A DNA stretch of 64,000 nucleotides from Pseudomonadota bacterium. GTDB lineage: Bacteria > Pseudomonadota > Alphaproteobacteria > Sphingomonadales > CAKZYD01. The notes under the pieces are model-generated. The model saw only the letters and a list, made by a program, of their open reading frames with translations. It was not told the DNA's origin and searched no databases. Below, piece after piece: positions 54,351 to 64,000 of the stretch (position 1 is its first letter; every line of letters starts with the position of its first letter). Where the stretch lies: positions 4,717-68,716 of the forward strand of contig JBMOOS010000020.1 in NCBI GenBank assembly GCA_049324415.1. The letters run 5' to 3'. A program made the translations under genes and the position numbers.

Positions 54351-55811
54351 ATGAGAGTCTTTTTGCTGGCTTCGGTCGCGGCCTGCGTTCTCGGCGGTTC
54401 CGCGGCGGCGGAAACGCTGCATGACGCCCTTGCCGCCGCTTATCAGTCGAACCCCGAACTGGAGGCCCAGCGCGCTGCCCTACGGGCAACCGATGAGGGG
54501 GTGGCCACCGCCTTGTCCGGCTATCGGCCGACCTTGGAAGGCCAGGCCAGCATCTCCTATTCGCGGCGCGATTCCCAATTCTTCGCCACCGAGGATATCC
54601 CCGAGCGCGATCCCGTGACCAACGAGGTCGTGCGCGATTCGAATGGCAATCCGGTCATCGCCATCCCCAAGGGCGGGCAGATCACCAGTTCGACGCTGCA
54701 AGGGCAAAACAGGCAATACCAGGCCCAGCTCACCCAGCCGATATTCCGCGGCTTTCGCACCCAGAGCGGACTGCGCCAAGCGCGCAGCGAAGTCTTCGCG
54801 GGCAGGGCCCAGCTCGACGAGGTGGAGCAAAGGACCCTGCTCAACACGATAACCGCCTATCTCGACGTAGTGCGGGACGAGGCGGTGCTGCGGCTCAACG
54901 ACGGCCAGGTGGAGGTCTTGCGCCGGCAATTGGAAGCGAGCCAGGACCGTTTTCGGGTGGGCGAGATTACCCGCACCGATGTCGCTCAGTCGGAAGCGCG
55001 GCTGGCGGTGGCGGTGAGCAACCGAATCGCCGCCGACGCCGCCTTGACCGTCAGCCGCGAAGCCTTTCGCCGGGTGGTCGGCAAGGCGCCGGAAACGCTG
55101 GAGCCGCCGCCGCCCTTGCCGGAATTGCCGGCCTCGCTCGAGGAAGCCATCGCCATCGCGCAAGAGGAAAGCCCAACCCTTAATGCCGCCCGCCATGTCG
55201 AGGAAGCGGCGCAATATGCCGTGTCCTCCGCCAAGGGCGCGCTGCTGCCGTCGTTGAACGCGACCGCTTCGGTGTTTCGTCAGGAAGCGCCCTTTAACTT
55301 CGGCACCTTCAACGCCAACGGCACCATCAACAACTATGCCGCTGGCGCGCAATTGACCGTGCCCTTTTATCGCGCCGGCGGCGAATATGCCGCGGTGCGC
55401 CAGGCCAAGCAGGTGCGCAGCCAGCGTATGCTGGAAATCGCCGCCGCCGAGCGCCAGGTGGTGGAAAGCGTGCGCAACGCCTGGGACCAGTTGCGCGCGG
55501 CGCGGGCCAGCATAAAGTCCAACCAGTCCTCGATGCGGGCCAATGAAATAGCCCTTGAGGGCGTGCGCCAGGAAGCGGTCGTGGGCTCGCGCACGACGAT
55601 CGAGGTGCTGAACGCCGAGCAGGAATTGCTGAACAGCCGGGTCGAACTGGTGCGCTCGGAGCGGGACGAATATGTCGCCGCTTCGACCCTTCTGGCCGCC
55701 ATTGGCCGGTTGGGGGCGCGGGACTTGTCGCTGAATGTCGACTATTACGATCCCGGCGACCATTATCGCTCGGTGAAGTGGAAGCCCTTCGGCTTTGGCT
55801 CGAACGAATAG
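54351..55811 (+). CDS. tolC: TolC-family outer membrane protein
   Basis: ETLHDALAAAYQSNPEL, RFRVGEITRTDVAQSEARL, VGSRTTIEVLNAEQE; pcm-tolC-popZ synteny. Confidence 0.93.
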   Translation: MRVFLLASVAACVLGGSAAAETLHDALAAAYQSNPELEAQRAALRATDEGVATALSGYRPTLEGQASISYSRRDSQFFATEDIPERDPVTNEVVRDSNGNPVIAIPKGGQITSSTLQGQNRQYQAQLTQPIFRGFRTQSGLRQARSEVFAGRAQLDEVEQRTLLNTITAYLDVVRDEAVLRLNDGQVEVLRRQLEASQDRFRVGEITRTDVAQSEARLAVAVSNRIAADAALTVSREAFRRVVGKAPETLEPPPPLPELPASLEEAIAIAQEESPTLNAARHVEEAAQYAVSSAKGALLPSLNATASVFRQEAPFNFGTFNANGTINNYAAGAQLTVPFYRAGGEYAAVRQAKQVRSQRMLEIAAAERQVVESVRNAWDQLRAARASIKSNQSSMRANEIALEGVRQEAVVGSRTTIEVLNAEQELLNSRVELVRSERDEYVAASTLLAAIGRLGARDLSLNVDYYDPGDHYRSVKWKPFGFGSNE

Positions 55812-55871
55812 GCAATCAATAACCAGGCGGCGGCAGCCGATCATTGCCACCGATGCTGCCGGGGTGATAGG

Positions 55872-55886
55872 TTCACTGGATGTTAA
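55872..55886 (+). promoter_or_regulatory. Putative CtrA box upstream of popZ
   Basis: TTCACTGGATGTTAA(CC). Confidence 0.45.
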
Positions 55887-55924
55887 CCGTGACTGAGGCA
55901 TGCCTTGGGCTGAGCAGGTGAGCC

Positions 55925-56422
55925 ATGGCCAGTAGCAACGCACAGCAAGAACCGACAATGGAGGAAATCCTTGCCTCCATCCGCCGCATCATTTCCGAAG
56001 ACGGCGAGGAGGGTGCTGGCGCACCGGCGCCCGAACAGGCTTCGCAAGCAGAGGAGGCGCCCGTGGCCGATGAAGAAACCGAGGAGCCGCTCGCGCCCAC
56101 GCCGGAAGCCGAAGCGGAGGAAACCCTGCCCGAGGCCGAGGCCGATGTCCTTGAATTGACCGAAGTAGTTGAGGAAAAAACCATTCTTGAAGAAGCCTCC
56201 GACCGGCTGGTGTCGGAGCAGACCGCCGCCAAGGCCTCGCAGCCCTTAAGCCATTTGTCGGGCCTTCTGGTGCGCAATTATCCCGGTTCTGAAAATACTC
56301 TCGAGGGCGTGGTGCGGGAAATCCTGCGTCCCTTGCTGAAGGCCTGGCTCGACGACAATCTGCCCGAAATCGTCGAAAAGATGGTCGCCCGGGAAATCGC
56401 CCGCATCACCGGCCGCACCTGA
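55925..56422 (+). CDS. popZ: Polar organizing protein PopZ
   Basis: EPTMEEILASIRRIISED; acidic Pro-rich linker; LRPLLKAWLDDNLP...VAREIARI. Confidence 0.93.
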   Translation: MASSNAQQEPTMEEILASIRRIISEDGEEGAGAPAPEQASQAEEAPVADEETEEPLAPTPEAEAEETLPEAEADVLELTEVVEEKTILEEASDRLVSEQTAAKASQPLSHLSGLLVRNYPGSENTLEGVVREILRPLLKAWLDDNLPEIVEKMVAREIARITGRT

Positions 56423-56542
56423 GCGCACGCAATTTTCCCGCATGCGCTGCAACAACCGCTTGCTTGCCGACGTGAAGCTTGCCCCTGAAAGGGCACAATT
56501 GCACATGCGCGCCCGATGCGCGTTTTTCCCTGAGGACCCGCC

Positions 56543-58597
56543 ATGCGTCTGATTTTACTGGCTTTACTTTTATTTGCCGGGATGCCGGCCGCGGCCATCG
56601 CCCAATCCTCCGGTTTCGATGCGCGGCTGCTGGCGCGGCTCGCCCGGCTTTCCGACCCGCAAGTCGCGCCGGATGGCGCGCGCCTCGTCTATGCCTTGCG
56701 CGAGACGGACATGGCGGCCAACAGGGGGCGCACCGATTTATGGCTGTTGGACGTAAAAAACAAAAACGCCCTGCCGCAGCGGATTGCCGCGCACGAGGCC
56801 GATGACGACAACCCGCGCTGGGCGGCCGATGGCGGGGCGATCTATTTTCTCTCCAAGCGTTCGGGCACGCGCCAGGTTTGGCGCCTGGCCTTGGACGGGG
56901 CGGCGCCGGTGCAAGTGACCAGCCTGCCGCTCGAGGTCGGCAACCTCGTCGTCTCGCCCTCGGGCCGGCATCTTGCCTTCACCATGCGCGTCTTTAACGA
57001 TTGCCCGACGCTGGCCTGCACCGCCGAGCGCTTGGCCGCGGCCAAGGCGCAGGCCGCGACAGGCCGTGTCTATGACCGGTTGTTCATCCGCCATTGGGAT
57101 AGCTGGGAGGATGGCCGGCGCACCCACCTCTTCGTTCAACCGCTTGACGAACAAGGGCTCGCCCTTGGCGCCCCGATCGATGTCAGCGCCGGTTTCGACG
57201 GCGACGTCGCCGCCGTTCCCTTTGGCGATGCCGCCGACATCGCCTTCACCGGCGATGGCGCGGCGCTGATTTTCGCCGCCCGCAAAGCAACGCCCGACGA
57301 AGCCTGGTCAACCAATTACGACCTTTACCGCGTGGCCATTGGCGGTGGCGCCCTGGAAAACCTTACCCCCGACAATCCCGCCTATGATGGCCGCCCGGCG
57401 ATTTCCCGCAATGGCCGCTGGCTGGCCTATCTTGCCATGGCGCGGCCCGGCTATGAAGCGGACCGCCAGCGCATCGTCCTCATGGATCTGCACAGCGGCG
57501 AACGGCGCGTCGTCACTGAGGATTGGGACCGCTCGGTCGATAGCCTGGCTTTCTTCGGCGACGGGCGCATGCTGATCGCCACCGCCAATCATCTGGGGCA
57601 AAAGCCCTTGTGGGCCATCGACGGGCGTTCCGGCCAGGCGACGCGGCTCAGCGGGGAGGGGACGGTGGCGGCCTTCACCGTCTCGCGCAAGGATATTTTC
57701 TATGTCCGGCGCGACCTGGAAAGCCCCGAGGACCTCTATGTCACCCGCGCCGACGGGCGGGCGCCGCGGCGTTTAACCGAGGTCAACGCCGCCGCCCTTT
57801 CCAACGTCGCCATGGGCAAGGCGGAGCAGTTCAGCTTTCCCGGGTGGAACGGGGAAACCGTCCATGGCTATGTGCTAAGGCCGGCCAATTTTAGCGATGG
57901 CAAGCGCTATCCGGTGGCGTTCATCGTCCATGGCGGGCCGCAATCCAGCTTCGCCAACGACTGGAGCTATCGCTGGAACCCGCAAGTCTATGCCGGAGCC
58001 GGCTATGGCGTCGTCTTCGTCGATTTCCACGGCTCCACCGGCTATGGCCAGGCCTTCACCGATTCCATCGCCGGCGACTGGGGCGGCAAGCCCTTGGAAG
58101 ACTGGCAAAAAGGCCTGGCGGCGGCGCTCGCCCGCTATCCCTGGCTCGATGGCGAGCGGGCCTGCGCCCTGGGCGCCTCCTATGGCGGCTACGCCATGGC
58201 CTGGATCGCCGGCCAATGGCCCGACCGCTTCAAATGCCTGGTCAACCATGCCGGGGTTTCGGAGCTGCGCTCCATGTATTTTACGACCGAGGAGCTGTGG
58301 TTCGTCGAGCATGACTTCGCCGGTCCTTATTTCGAGAACCCGCAAGGTTATGAGCGTTTCAACCCCATCGCCCAGGTGAAGAATTGGAAAACCCCGACGC
58401 TGGTGATCCAGGGGGGCAAGGATTACCGCGTGCCCGAAGGGCAGAGCCTTGCCACCTTCACCGCCCTCCAGCGCCGGGGTGTGCCTTCGCGCTTGGTTTA
58501 CTTCCCCGACGAGAATCACCACATCCTCAGCCCCGCCAATTCCATCCAATGGCATGACGAGGTGCTGGGCTGGCTTCAGCGCTGGCTTGCTCCTTAA
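56543..58597 (+). CDS. S9 family (acylaminoacyl) peptidase
   Basis: Signal peptide; propeller repeats; HGGP, GASYGG, DYRV, PDENH. Confidence 0.93.
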   Translation: MRLILLALLLFAGMPAAAIAQSSGFDARLLARLARLSDPQVAPDGARLVYALRETDMAANRGRTDLWLLDVKNKNALPQRIAAHEADDDNPRWAADGGAIYFLSKRSGTRQVWRLALDGAAPVQVTSLPLEVGNLVVSPSGRHLAFTMRVFNDCPTLACTAERLAAAKAQAATGRVYDRLFIRHWDSWEDGRRTHLFVQPLDEQGLALGAPIDVSAGFDGDVAAVPFGDAADIAFTGDGAALIFAARKATPDEAWSTNYDLYRVAIGGGALENLTPDNPAYDGRPAISRNGRWLAYLAMARPGYEADRQRIVLMDLHSGERRVVTEDWDRSVDSLAFFGDGRMLIATANHLGQKPLWAIDGRSGQATRLSGEGTVAAFTVSRKDIFYVRRDLESPEDLYVTRADGRAPRRLTEVNAAALSNVAMGKAEQFSFPGWNGETVHGYVLRPANFSDGKRYPVAFIVHGGPQSSFANDWSYRWNPQVYAGAGYGVVFVDFHGSTGYGQAFTDSIAGDWGGKPLEDWQKGLAAALARYPWLDGERACALGASYGGYAMAWIAGQWPDRFKCLVNHAGVSELRSMYFTTEELWFVEHDFAGPYFENPQGYERFNPIAQVKNWKTPTLVIQGGKDYRVPEGQSLATFTALQRRGVPSRLVYFPDENHHILSPANSIQWHDEVLGWLQRWLAP

Positions 58598-58609
58598 GAT
58601 TAAGGAAGA

Positions 58610-60262
58610 TTAAGGACCAAAGAGGGTGCCGAAAAAATCGCCCTCGTTCCAGTGGGGCGGGGTTGGCGCATCGGCGATCTCGCGGGCGATGAGATAGTTG
58701 ATCTGGGCGAATTTGGCGCCGGCGGCATAGTCGATGGGCAGCGCAAGGTCGTCCGAAGGCTTGTGGTAGTGAGCGGCGAGGAAATCGCTAAAAATCTTGC
58801 CGCCCACGCCATCGCCGGTGGTGGCGTTAAAGCCGGTCACGAGAAACACCGATGGCACCCCTCGCTCGACGAAGCGGTAATGGTCGGAGCGGATGAAGAT
58901 CGCCTGCTCGGGCATCGGGTCGGGGCTCAAGGCGACATCGAGGCGGGCGGCGGCGCGGGCGACCGTGGGGCCAAGGCTCGAATGCTCGGCGCCAAAGGCG
59001 ATGACATCGGCGAAGGGGTAAAGGATGAGCGGCATGTCGAGGTTGACATTGGCAACGATGCGGGCGAGGGGGACGGTTGGGTGGCGGGCGAAATAATCGG
59101 CGCCGATGAGGCCCTTTTCCTCCGCCGTGACGGCGAGGAGCAGGATTGAGCGCCGCGGCCGATGCGCAGCGTGGCTCAAGGCGTGCGCCGTTTCGATCAG
59201 GATGGCGACGCCGGCGGCGTTGTCGAGGGCGCCATTATAAATGCTGTCGCCGTTCACCGGCTTGCCCACGCCGACATGGTCGAGATGCGCCGACAGCACT
59301 ACATAGTCGTCCTTAAGGATGGGATCGGCGCCTTCGAGGATGGCGGCGACATTGCGGCTTTCCAGGTCGCGATGGGCCGCCGCCTGGCCGATGGTGAGGG
59401 TCACGGGCAGGGCAAAGCCGGCGGGGGCGCCCGTCGCTGCCTCGGCGCGGACCGCTTCATAGCTTTTGGCGGCGCCTTCGAACAGCGCCCCCGCTGCCGC
59501 TGGGGCAAGGACCGCGGCGTTGGCGATTTGCGGCACGGCGATGAACGGGGTGCCGTCGGCGGCGCGCCAGGTCATGTCCTCATGGGCGAGGCCCTCCGCC
59601 ATTTCCTCGAAAGGCAGCACTTTTTCGAACCGTTCCGTATAGAGCATGACCATGCCCACCGCGCCATGGCGGGCGGCGGTTTTGGCCTTGGTGCGGCCCG
59701 AGCCGTAATAGGCGCCGATCTCGCTGGGAAAAGAGGTGGGTGCCTGGGCAAGGGCGACGACGATTTTCCCCGCAACATCGAGCCCGGCGTAATCATCGTG
59801 GTTTTGCTCCGGCGCCTCGATGCCGTAGCCGACGAAGACGGCGCTTGCGCGGCTTTGGCTGACGGCAAGGTCGGGGCGCAAGGCCGGCACGAAGTCTGCC
59901 GCAACGCCTAAGGCCAGGCGCGTTCCATCGCTGCGCTCGATGATGAATTGGGCGCCTTCGGCAAGGGCACGGCTGGCGCGCAAGGGAACGGTCTGGAAAT
60001 AGCCGCCAGCATCGCCCGCGGGCACAAGCCCCATGCCCGCGAACTGGTCCGCCACATAGCGCGCCGCGTCGTCATAGCCGGGGGTGCCCGTCTCACGCCC
60101 CTGCCGCGCATCGTCGGCCAAATAGGCGATGTGAGCCTGTATGGCGTCCGGGGTGATGTCGGGAATGGCGCCCTTTGCCGCGCCTTCTTTCCCTGGCGCG
60201 CCATCGCAGGCGGCAAGGAGGAAAAACACGGCGCCGGCGATGACCGGCGTTAATGATTTCAT
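58610..60262 (-). CDS. M28 family metallopeptidase, lipoprotein
   Basis: Lipobox LAAC; [33 protein letters not shown]. Confidence 0.92.
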   Translation of the reverse strand: MKSLTPVIAGAVFFLLAACDGAPGKEGAAKGAIPDITPDAIQAHIAYLADDARQGRETGTPGYDDAARYVADQFAGMGLVPAGDAGGYFQTVPLRASRALAEGAQFIIERSDGTRLALGVAADFVPALRPDLAVSQSRASAVFVGYGIEAPEQNHDDYAGLDVAGKIVVALAQAPTSFPSEIGAYYGSGRTKAKTAARHGAVGMVMLYTERFEKVLPFEEMAEGLAHEDMTWRAADGTPFIAVPQIANAAVLAPAAAGALFEGAAKSYEAVRAEAATGAPAGFALPVTLTIGQAAAHRDLESRNVAAILEGADPILKDDYVVLSAHLDHVGVGKPVNGDSIYNGALDNAAGVAILIETAHALSHAAHRPRRSILLLAVTAEEKGLIGADYFARHPTVPLARIVANVNLDMPLILYPFADVIAFGAEHSSLGPTVARAAARLDVALSPDPMPEQAIFIRSDHYRFVERGVPSVFLVTGFNATTGDGVGGKIFSDFLAAHYHKPSDDLALPIDYAAGAKFAQINYLIAREIADAPTPPHWNEGDFFGTLFGP

Positions 60263-60458
60263 GCTTAAGCGTCCTACAGCGATCCGTGGCCAGACGCTAG
60301 CATTCCATGTCGGCGAGTCAACGTCCCACCTCGTGCCTCGTCGCTGGCTGGGGGCGGATGGCCGTGCAAGCAGGCTGAAGCCACAAGGGCCTTGTCATCG
60401 CCCCGTCTTTTTTGCCATTTTGCGCCCTCGTTTTGGCAAGTCGCGGCAGAAAGCGCCC

Positions 60459-63119
60459 ATGTTGGACAAAACCTATTCCCCCGCCGAGATCGAAGCGCGA
60501 TGGTATGCCCATTGGGAGGCGAGCGGGGCCTTCAAGGCCGGCAGCCGGCCGGCGGCGGCGCCGTTCGTCATCGTCATCCCGCCGCCCAACGTCACCGGCT
60601 CGCTCCACATGGGCCATGCCCTTGACAACACTCTTCAGGATGTTCTCGTCCGCTATCACCGCCTGTTGGGCAAGGATGTGTTGTGGCAGCCGGGGGTCGA
60701 TCACGCCGGCATCGCCACCCAGATGGTGGTGGAGCGCAACCTGGCGAGCCAGGACCTGACCCGCGAAGGCTTGGGGCGCGAGGCTTTTCTCGCCCATGTC
60801 TGGGAATGGAAGGCGCAGTCGGGGGGCACCATCGCCCGGCAATTGCGCCGGCTGGGCGCCTCCTGCGACTGGAGCCGCGAGCGCTTCACCATGGACGAGG
60901 GTTTCTCGGAGGCGGTCCTTAAGGTGTTCGTCGCACTCTACCGCCAGGGCCTCCTTTATCGCGACAAGCGGCTGGTCAACTGGGACCCCAAGCTCGAGAC
61001 GGCAATTTCCGACCTTGAGGTGGAGCAAAGGGAAGTCGCTGGCCAGTTCTGGCACTTGCGCTATCCTTTCGCCGACGGCTCCGGCCATGTGGTGGTGGCG
61101 ACGACGCGGCCGGAGACCATGCTCGCTGACATGGCGGTCGCCGTCCACCCCGAGGATGCGCGCTATCGCGCGCTGATCGGCAAGGACATCGCCCATCCCA
61201 TCACCGGGCGGCGGCTCAAGCTGGTCGCCGACCCGTGGGCCGACCCGGAGCTGGGCTCCGGCGCGGTCAAGATCACCCCGGGCCACGACTTCAACGATTT
61301 CGAGGTGGGCAAGAGGATCGGCATCGCGCCAGCATTGATGCTCAATATGTTCGATGCTAAGGCCCGGGTGGCGCAGACCAGCGATGGCCTTATCCCGGAA
61401 AAATTCATCGGCCTTGACCGCTACGAGGCGCGCCGCCAAGTGGTCGCCGAGATGACGGCCCTGGGCCTTGTCGAGGCGGTCGAGGACAAGGCGATCCAGA
61501 TGCCCCATGGCGACCGCTCTGGCGTCGTCATCGAGCCTTGGCTCACCGACCAGTGGTATGTGGACGCCGCCACCCTGGCTAAGCCGGCCATCGCCGCGGT
61601 GAAAGAGGGCCGCACCCGCTTCGTCCCCGCCACCTGGGAGAAGACCTATTTCAACTGGATGGAGAATATCCAGCCCTGGTGCGTCTCGCGCCAGCTTTGG
61701 TGGGGCCATCAAATCCCCGCCTGGTATGACGAGGCGGGCAATGTCTACGTCGCGCACAGCGAGGAAGAGGCGCAGGCGCAAGCCGGGGCGGGCACGCGCC
61801 TCACTCGCGACGAAGACGTGCTAGACACCTGGTTCTCCTCCGCCCTGTGGCCATTCGCCACCATGGGCTGGCCGGACGAGGCGCAAGCGGCGCGCCTGGG
61901 CCTTGCCAAATATTATCCCAATTCGGTGCTGGTGACCGGCTTTGACATCATCTTTTTCTGGGTCGCCCGGATGATGATGATGGGCCTTCATTTCATGAAG
62001 GAGGTGCCGTTCAAGACCGTTTATATCCATGCCCTGGTGCGCGACGAAGCGGGGCAGAAAATGTCCAAGTCGCGGGGCAATGTGGTCGACCCCTTGCGCC
62101 TTATCGAGCGCTATGGCGCCGATGCGCTGCGCTTTACCCTGGCGGCGATGGAAACCCAGGGCCGCGACATCAAGCTGGCCACCGCCCGGGTCGAGGGCTA
62201 TCGCAATTTCGGCACCAAGCTATGGAACGCAGCGCGTTTCTGCCAGATGAACGGGATTGCCGGTGCATCTCGCCAAGCGCCCCCTAAAGCCACCCTCGGC
62301 ATCAACAAATGGGCGCTCAGCGAGACCGCGCGGGCGATCGAGGCAGTCTCGCGCGGGCTTGACGAATTTCGCTATGCGGACGCGGCGAATGCCATTTACC
62401 AGTTCGTGTGGGCGAGCTTTTGCGACTGGTATCTCGAACTCATCAAGCCAGTGCTGCAAGGCGAGGACGGGGCGGACAGGAAAGAGACCCGCTTGGTCGC
62501 CGGCTGGGTGCTCGACCAGATCCTCATTTTGCTCCACCCCTTCATGCCCTTCATCACCGAGGAATTGTGGCACGCCATGGCGCAGCGGCGCGATGGCGAC
62601 CTCATCACCGCCCCCTGGCCCCTGCTTAGTCTTGCCCAGGATTGCCCGGAGCGGGAGGAGATCGACTGGCTCATCCGGGTGATCTCGGCGGTCCGCGCCG
62701 CCCGCGCCGAAGTCAATCTGTCGCCTGCCGCCATGGCGTCGTGCTTTTTGCTCCAGCGCAACGAAAAGACCCAGGCGCTGGCGGCGAAATACCAGGCCGC
62801 CTTAAGCCGCCTTGCGCGTATCGAATGGCATGCGGAAAAACCCGATGCCTCCCTTAAAGACGCCCTGCAAGTCATTGTCGATGAAGATACTTTCATCCTC
62901 GGCATGACGGGGCTTCTGGATTTCGAGGCGGAGCGGGCGCGGCTCGCCAAGGCGATCGACAAGGTGGACCGGCAAGTGCTTTCCCTGTCCGGCCGCCTCG
63001 CGAACGAAGCCTTTCTTGCCAAAGCGCCGGCAGAAGTGGTGGAGGAAGGCCGGGCCAAGCTTGCCGCCGCGCAAGGCGAAGCGGCGAAACTGCGCCAGGC
63101 GCTGGCGCGGCTGGGGTGA
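60459..63119 (+). CDS. valS: Valine--tRNA ligase
   Basis: [19 protein letters not shown]-terminal coiled coil. Confidence 0.98.
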   Translation: MLDKTYSPAEIEARWYAHWEASGAFKAGSRPAAAPFVIVIPPPNVTGSLHMGHALDNTLQDVLVRYHRLLGKDVLWQPGVDHAGIATQMVVERNLASQDLTREGLGREAFLAHVWEWKAQSGGTIARQLRRLGASCDWSRERFTMDEGFSEAVLKVFVALYRQGLLYRDKRLVNWDPKLETAISDLEVEQREVAGQFWHLRYPFADGSGHVVVATTRPETMLADMAVAVHPEDARYRALIGKDIAHPITGRRLKLVADPWADPELGSGAVKITPGHDFNDFEVGKRIGIAPALMLNMFDAKARVAQTSDGLIPEKFIGLDRYEARRQVVAEMTALGLVEAVEDKAIQMPHGDRSGVVIEPWLTDQWYVDAATLAKPAIAAVKEGRTRFVPATWEKTYFNWMENIQPWCVSRQLWWGHQIPAWYDEAGNVYVAHSEEEAQAQAGAGTRLTRDEDVLDTWFSSALWPFATMGWPDEAQAARLGLAKYYPNSVLVTGFDIIFFWVARMMMMGLHFMKEVPFKTVYIHALVRDEAGQKMSKSRGNVVDPLRLIERYGADALRFTLAAMETQGRDIKLATARVEGYRNFGTKLWNAARFCQMNGIAGASRQAPPKATLGINKWALSETARAIEAVSRGLDEFRYADAANAIYQFVWASFCDWYLELIKPVLQGEDGADRKETRLVAGWVLDQILILLHPFMPFITEELWHAMAQRRDGDLITAPWPLLSLAQDCPEREEIDWLIRVISAVRAARAEVNLSPAAMASCFLLQRNEKTQALAAKYQAALSRLARIEWHAEKPDASLKDALQVIVDEDTFILGMTGLLDFEAERARLAKAIDKVDRQVLSLSGRLANEAFLAKAPAEVVEEGRAKLAAAQGEAAKLRQALARLG

Positions 63120-63835
63120 GGGCGCCTTACGAGATCATCGGTCCCCCCGGCGGCGATCTCCTCCTCATCGCCGATCATGCCTCCAACCATATCCCCGCGG
63201 CGATGGACAATCTCGGGCTCGCCGCCCATCGGCACGACCAGCATATCGCCTATGACATCGGCACCGCCGCCTTGACCCGCGCCCTGAGCCACCGATTGGG
63301 GGCGCGGGCGGTTCTGGCGGGCTTTTCCCGCCTCGTCATCGACCCCAACCGGCCTCTGGCGCACGAAACGCTGATCCCGCACGTCTCCGACAACGTCGTC
63401 ATTCCCGGCAATGCCCAGCTTTCCAAGGCCGCGCGCGCGAGCCGCATCGCGTGCTATTATACGCCCTATCATCAAGCGATCGCCCGGGAAGTGGAGCGTG
63501 CATGCCAATGTGGCCGCCCGCCGCGCCTTATCTCCATCCACTCCTTCACGCCGCACATGAATGGCGCGGCGCGGCCCTGGCATGCCGCCGTCCTGTGGAA
63601 CCGGGATGGGCGGCTGGCCGAGGCCTTGGCGCGGGCCCTGGAGGCGGAAGGTGATCTTGTTGTCGGCCGTAACGCCCCCTATTCCGGCCGTGACCTTAAT
63701 CACAGCATGGATCGCCACGCCGAAGCCAAGGGCCTTCCCTACGCCACCTTGGAGATCCGTCAGGACTTATTGGAAAAGCCGAGCGATATCGAGGCCTGGA
63801 GCGCGCGGCTTAGTGCACTTCTCGCGCATCTTTGA
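63116..63835 (+). CDS. N-formylglutamate amidohydrolase family
   Basis: [34 protein letters not shown]. Confidence 0.9.
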   Translation: MRAPYEIIGPPGGDLLLIADHASNHIPAAMDNLGLAAHRHDQHIAYDIGTAALTRALSHRLGARAVLAGFSRLVIDPNRPLAHETLIPHVSDNVVIPGNAQLSKAARASRIACYYTPYHQAIAREVERACQCGRPPRLISIHSFTPHMNGAARPWHAAVLWNRDGRLAEALARALEAEGDLVVGRNAPYSGRDLNHSMDRHAEAKGLPYATLEIRQDLLEKPSDIEAWSARLSALLAHL

Positions 63836-63906
63836 CCCCTTGCCGGACGTTCTGGGGATAGTCCCTTATTTTGGGGGCCATCAATTTTTCGCGATTGCGA
63901 AGATGG

Positions 63907-63923
63907 ATGTTGCGACGCAATAT
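63907..63923. promoter_or_regulatory. PhaR/AniA-like operator
   Basis: Near-perfect palindrome ATGTTGCGACGCAATAT upstream of the SDR gene. Confidence 0.65.
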
Positions 63924-63960
63924 CGGCGCCGGATATGCAAGACATATGGAGGCAGGAACC

Positions 63961-64000
63961 ATGCTTGAAGGCAAAGTCGCGCTGATTACCGGCTCGACCA
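63961..64000 (+). CDS. Short-chain dehydrogenase, 5' fragment (possibly 3-hydroxybutyrate dehydrogenase)
   Basis: MLEGKVALITGST after RBS GGAGG; only 13 codons visible. Confidence 0.65.
   Translation, partial: MLEGKVALITGST

Noticed and set aside
60141-60458. N-terminal extension of ValS (similar extensions on msrP, glnA, greA, the porin and the anti-sigma)
   Set aside because: Longest-ORF artefacts; conserved N-termini and RBS sites lie downstream

Overview
A GC-rich alphaproteobacterial core-chromosome window. Evidence for the assignment: popZ, hdaA, CtrA-type boxes, and a tRNA-His that keeps G-1:C73, which argues against the Rhizobiales/Caulobacterales/Rhodobacterales group. It carries mostly housekeeping genes: msrPQ, trxB, greA, carB, parE, glnB-glnA, nnr, tig-clpP-clpX-lon-HU, ndk, purMN, hdaA-ppk1-ppx, pcm-tolC-popZ and valS, plus five tRNAs (His, Leu, Pro, Asn, Cys). 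I found no transposase, integrase, phage gene or CRISPR array. The main signal is non-coding. (1) Five copies of a 120-122 bp, CTAG-bounded, two-hairpin MITE-like element (family A). Two copies sit on TAG stop codons, and two share a terminal CTAG with an older CTAG-bounded family (family B). One A+B stack separates tRNA-Cys from its promoter. (2) A ~145 bp palindrome resembling Rickettsia RPE-1. (3) An ECF sigma/anti-sigma/subtilase/beta-barrel/11-mer-repeat module whose three promoters share a motif readable from the sequence. (4) An MmgR/SuhB-like sRNA and a set of PhaR/AniA-like boxes. (5) A ~460 nt structured intergenic region with two 20-codon ORFs behind identical strong Shine-Dalgarno (SD) sequences. 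(6) A small protein with three CheZ-tail-like motifs. All family assignments come from motif recognition; no database search was run.
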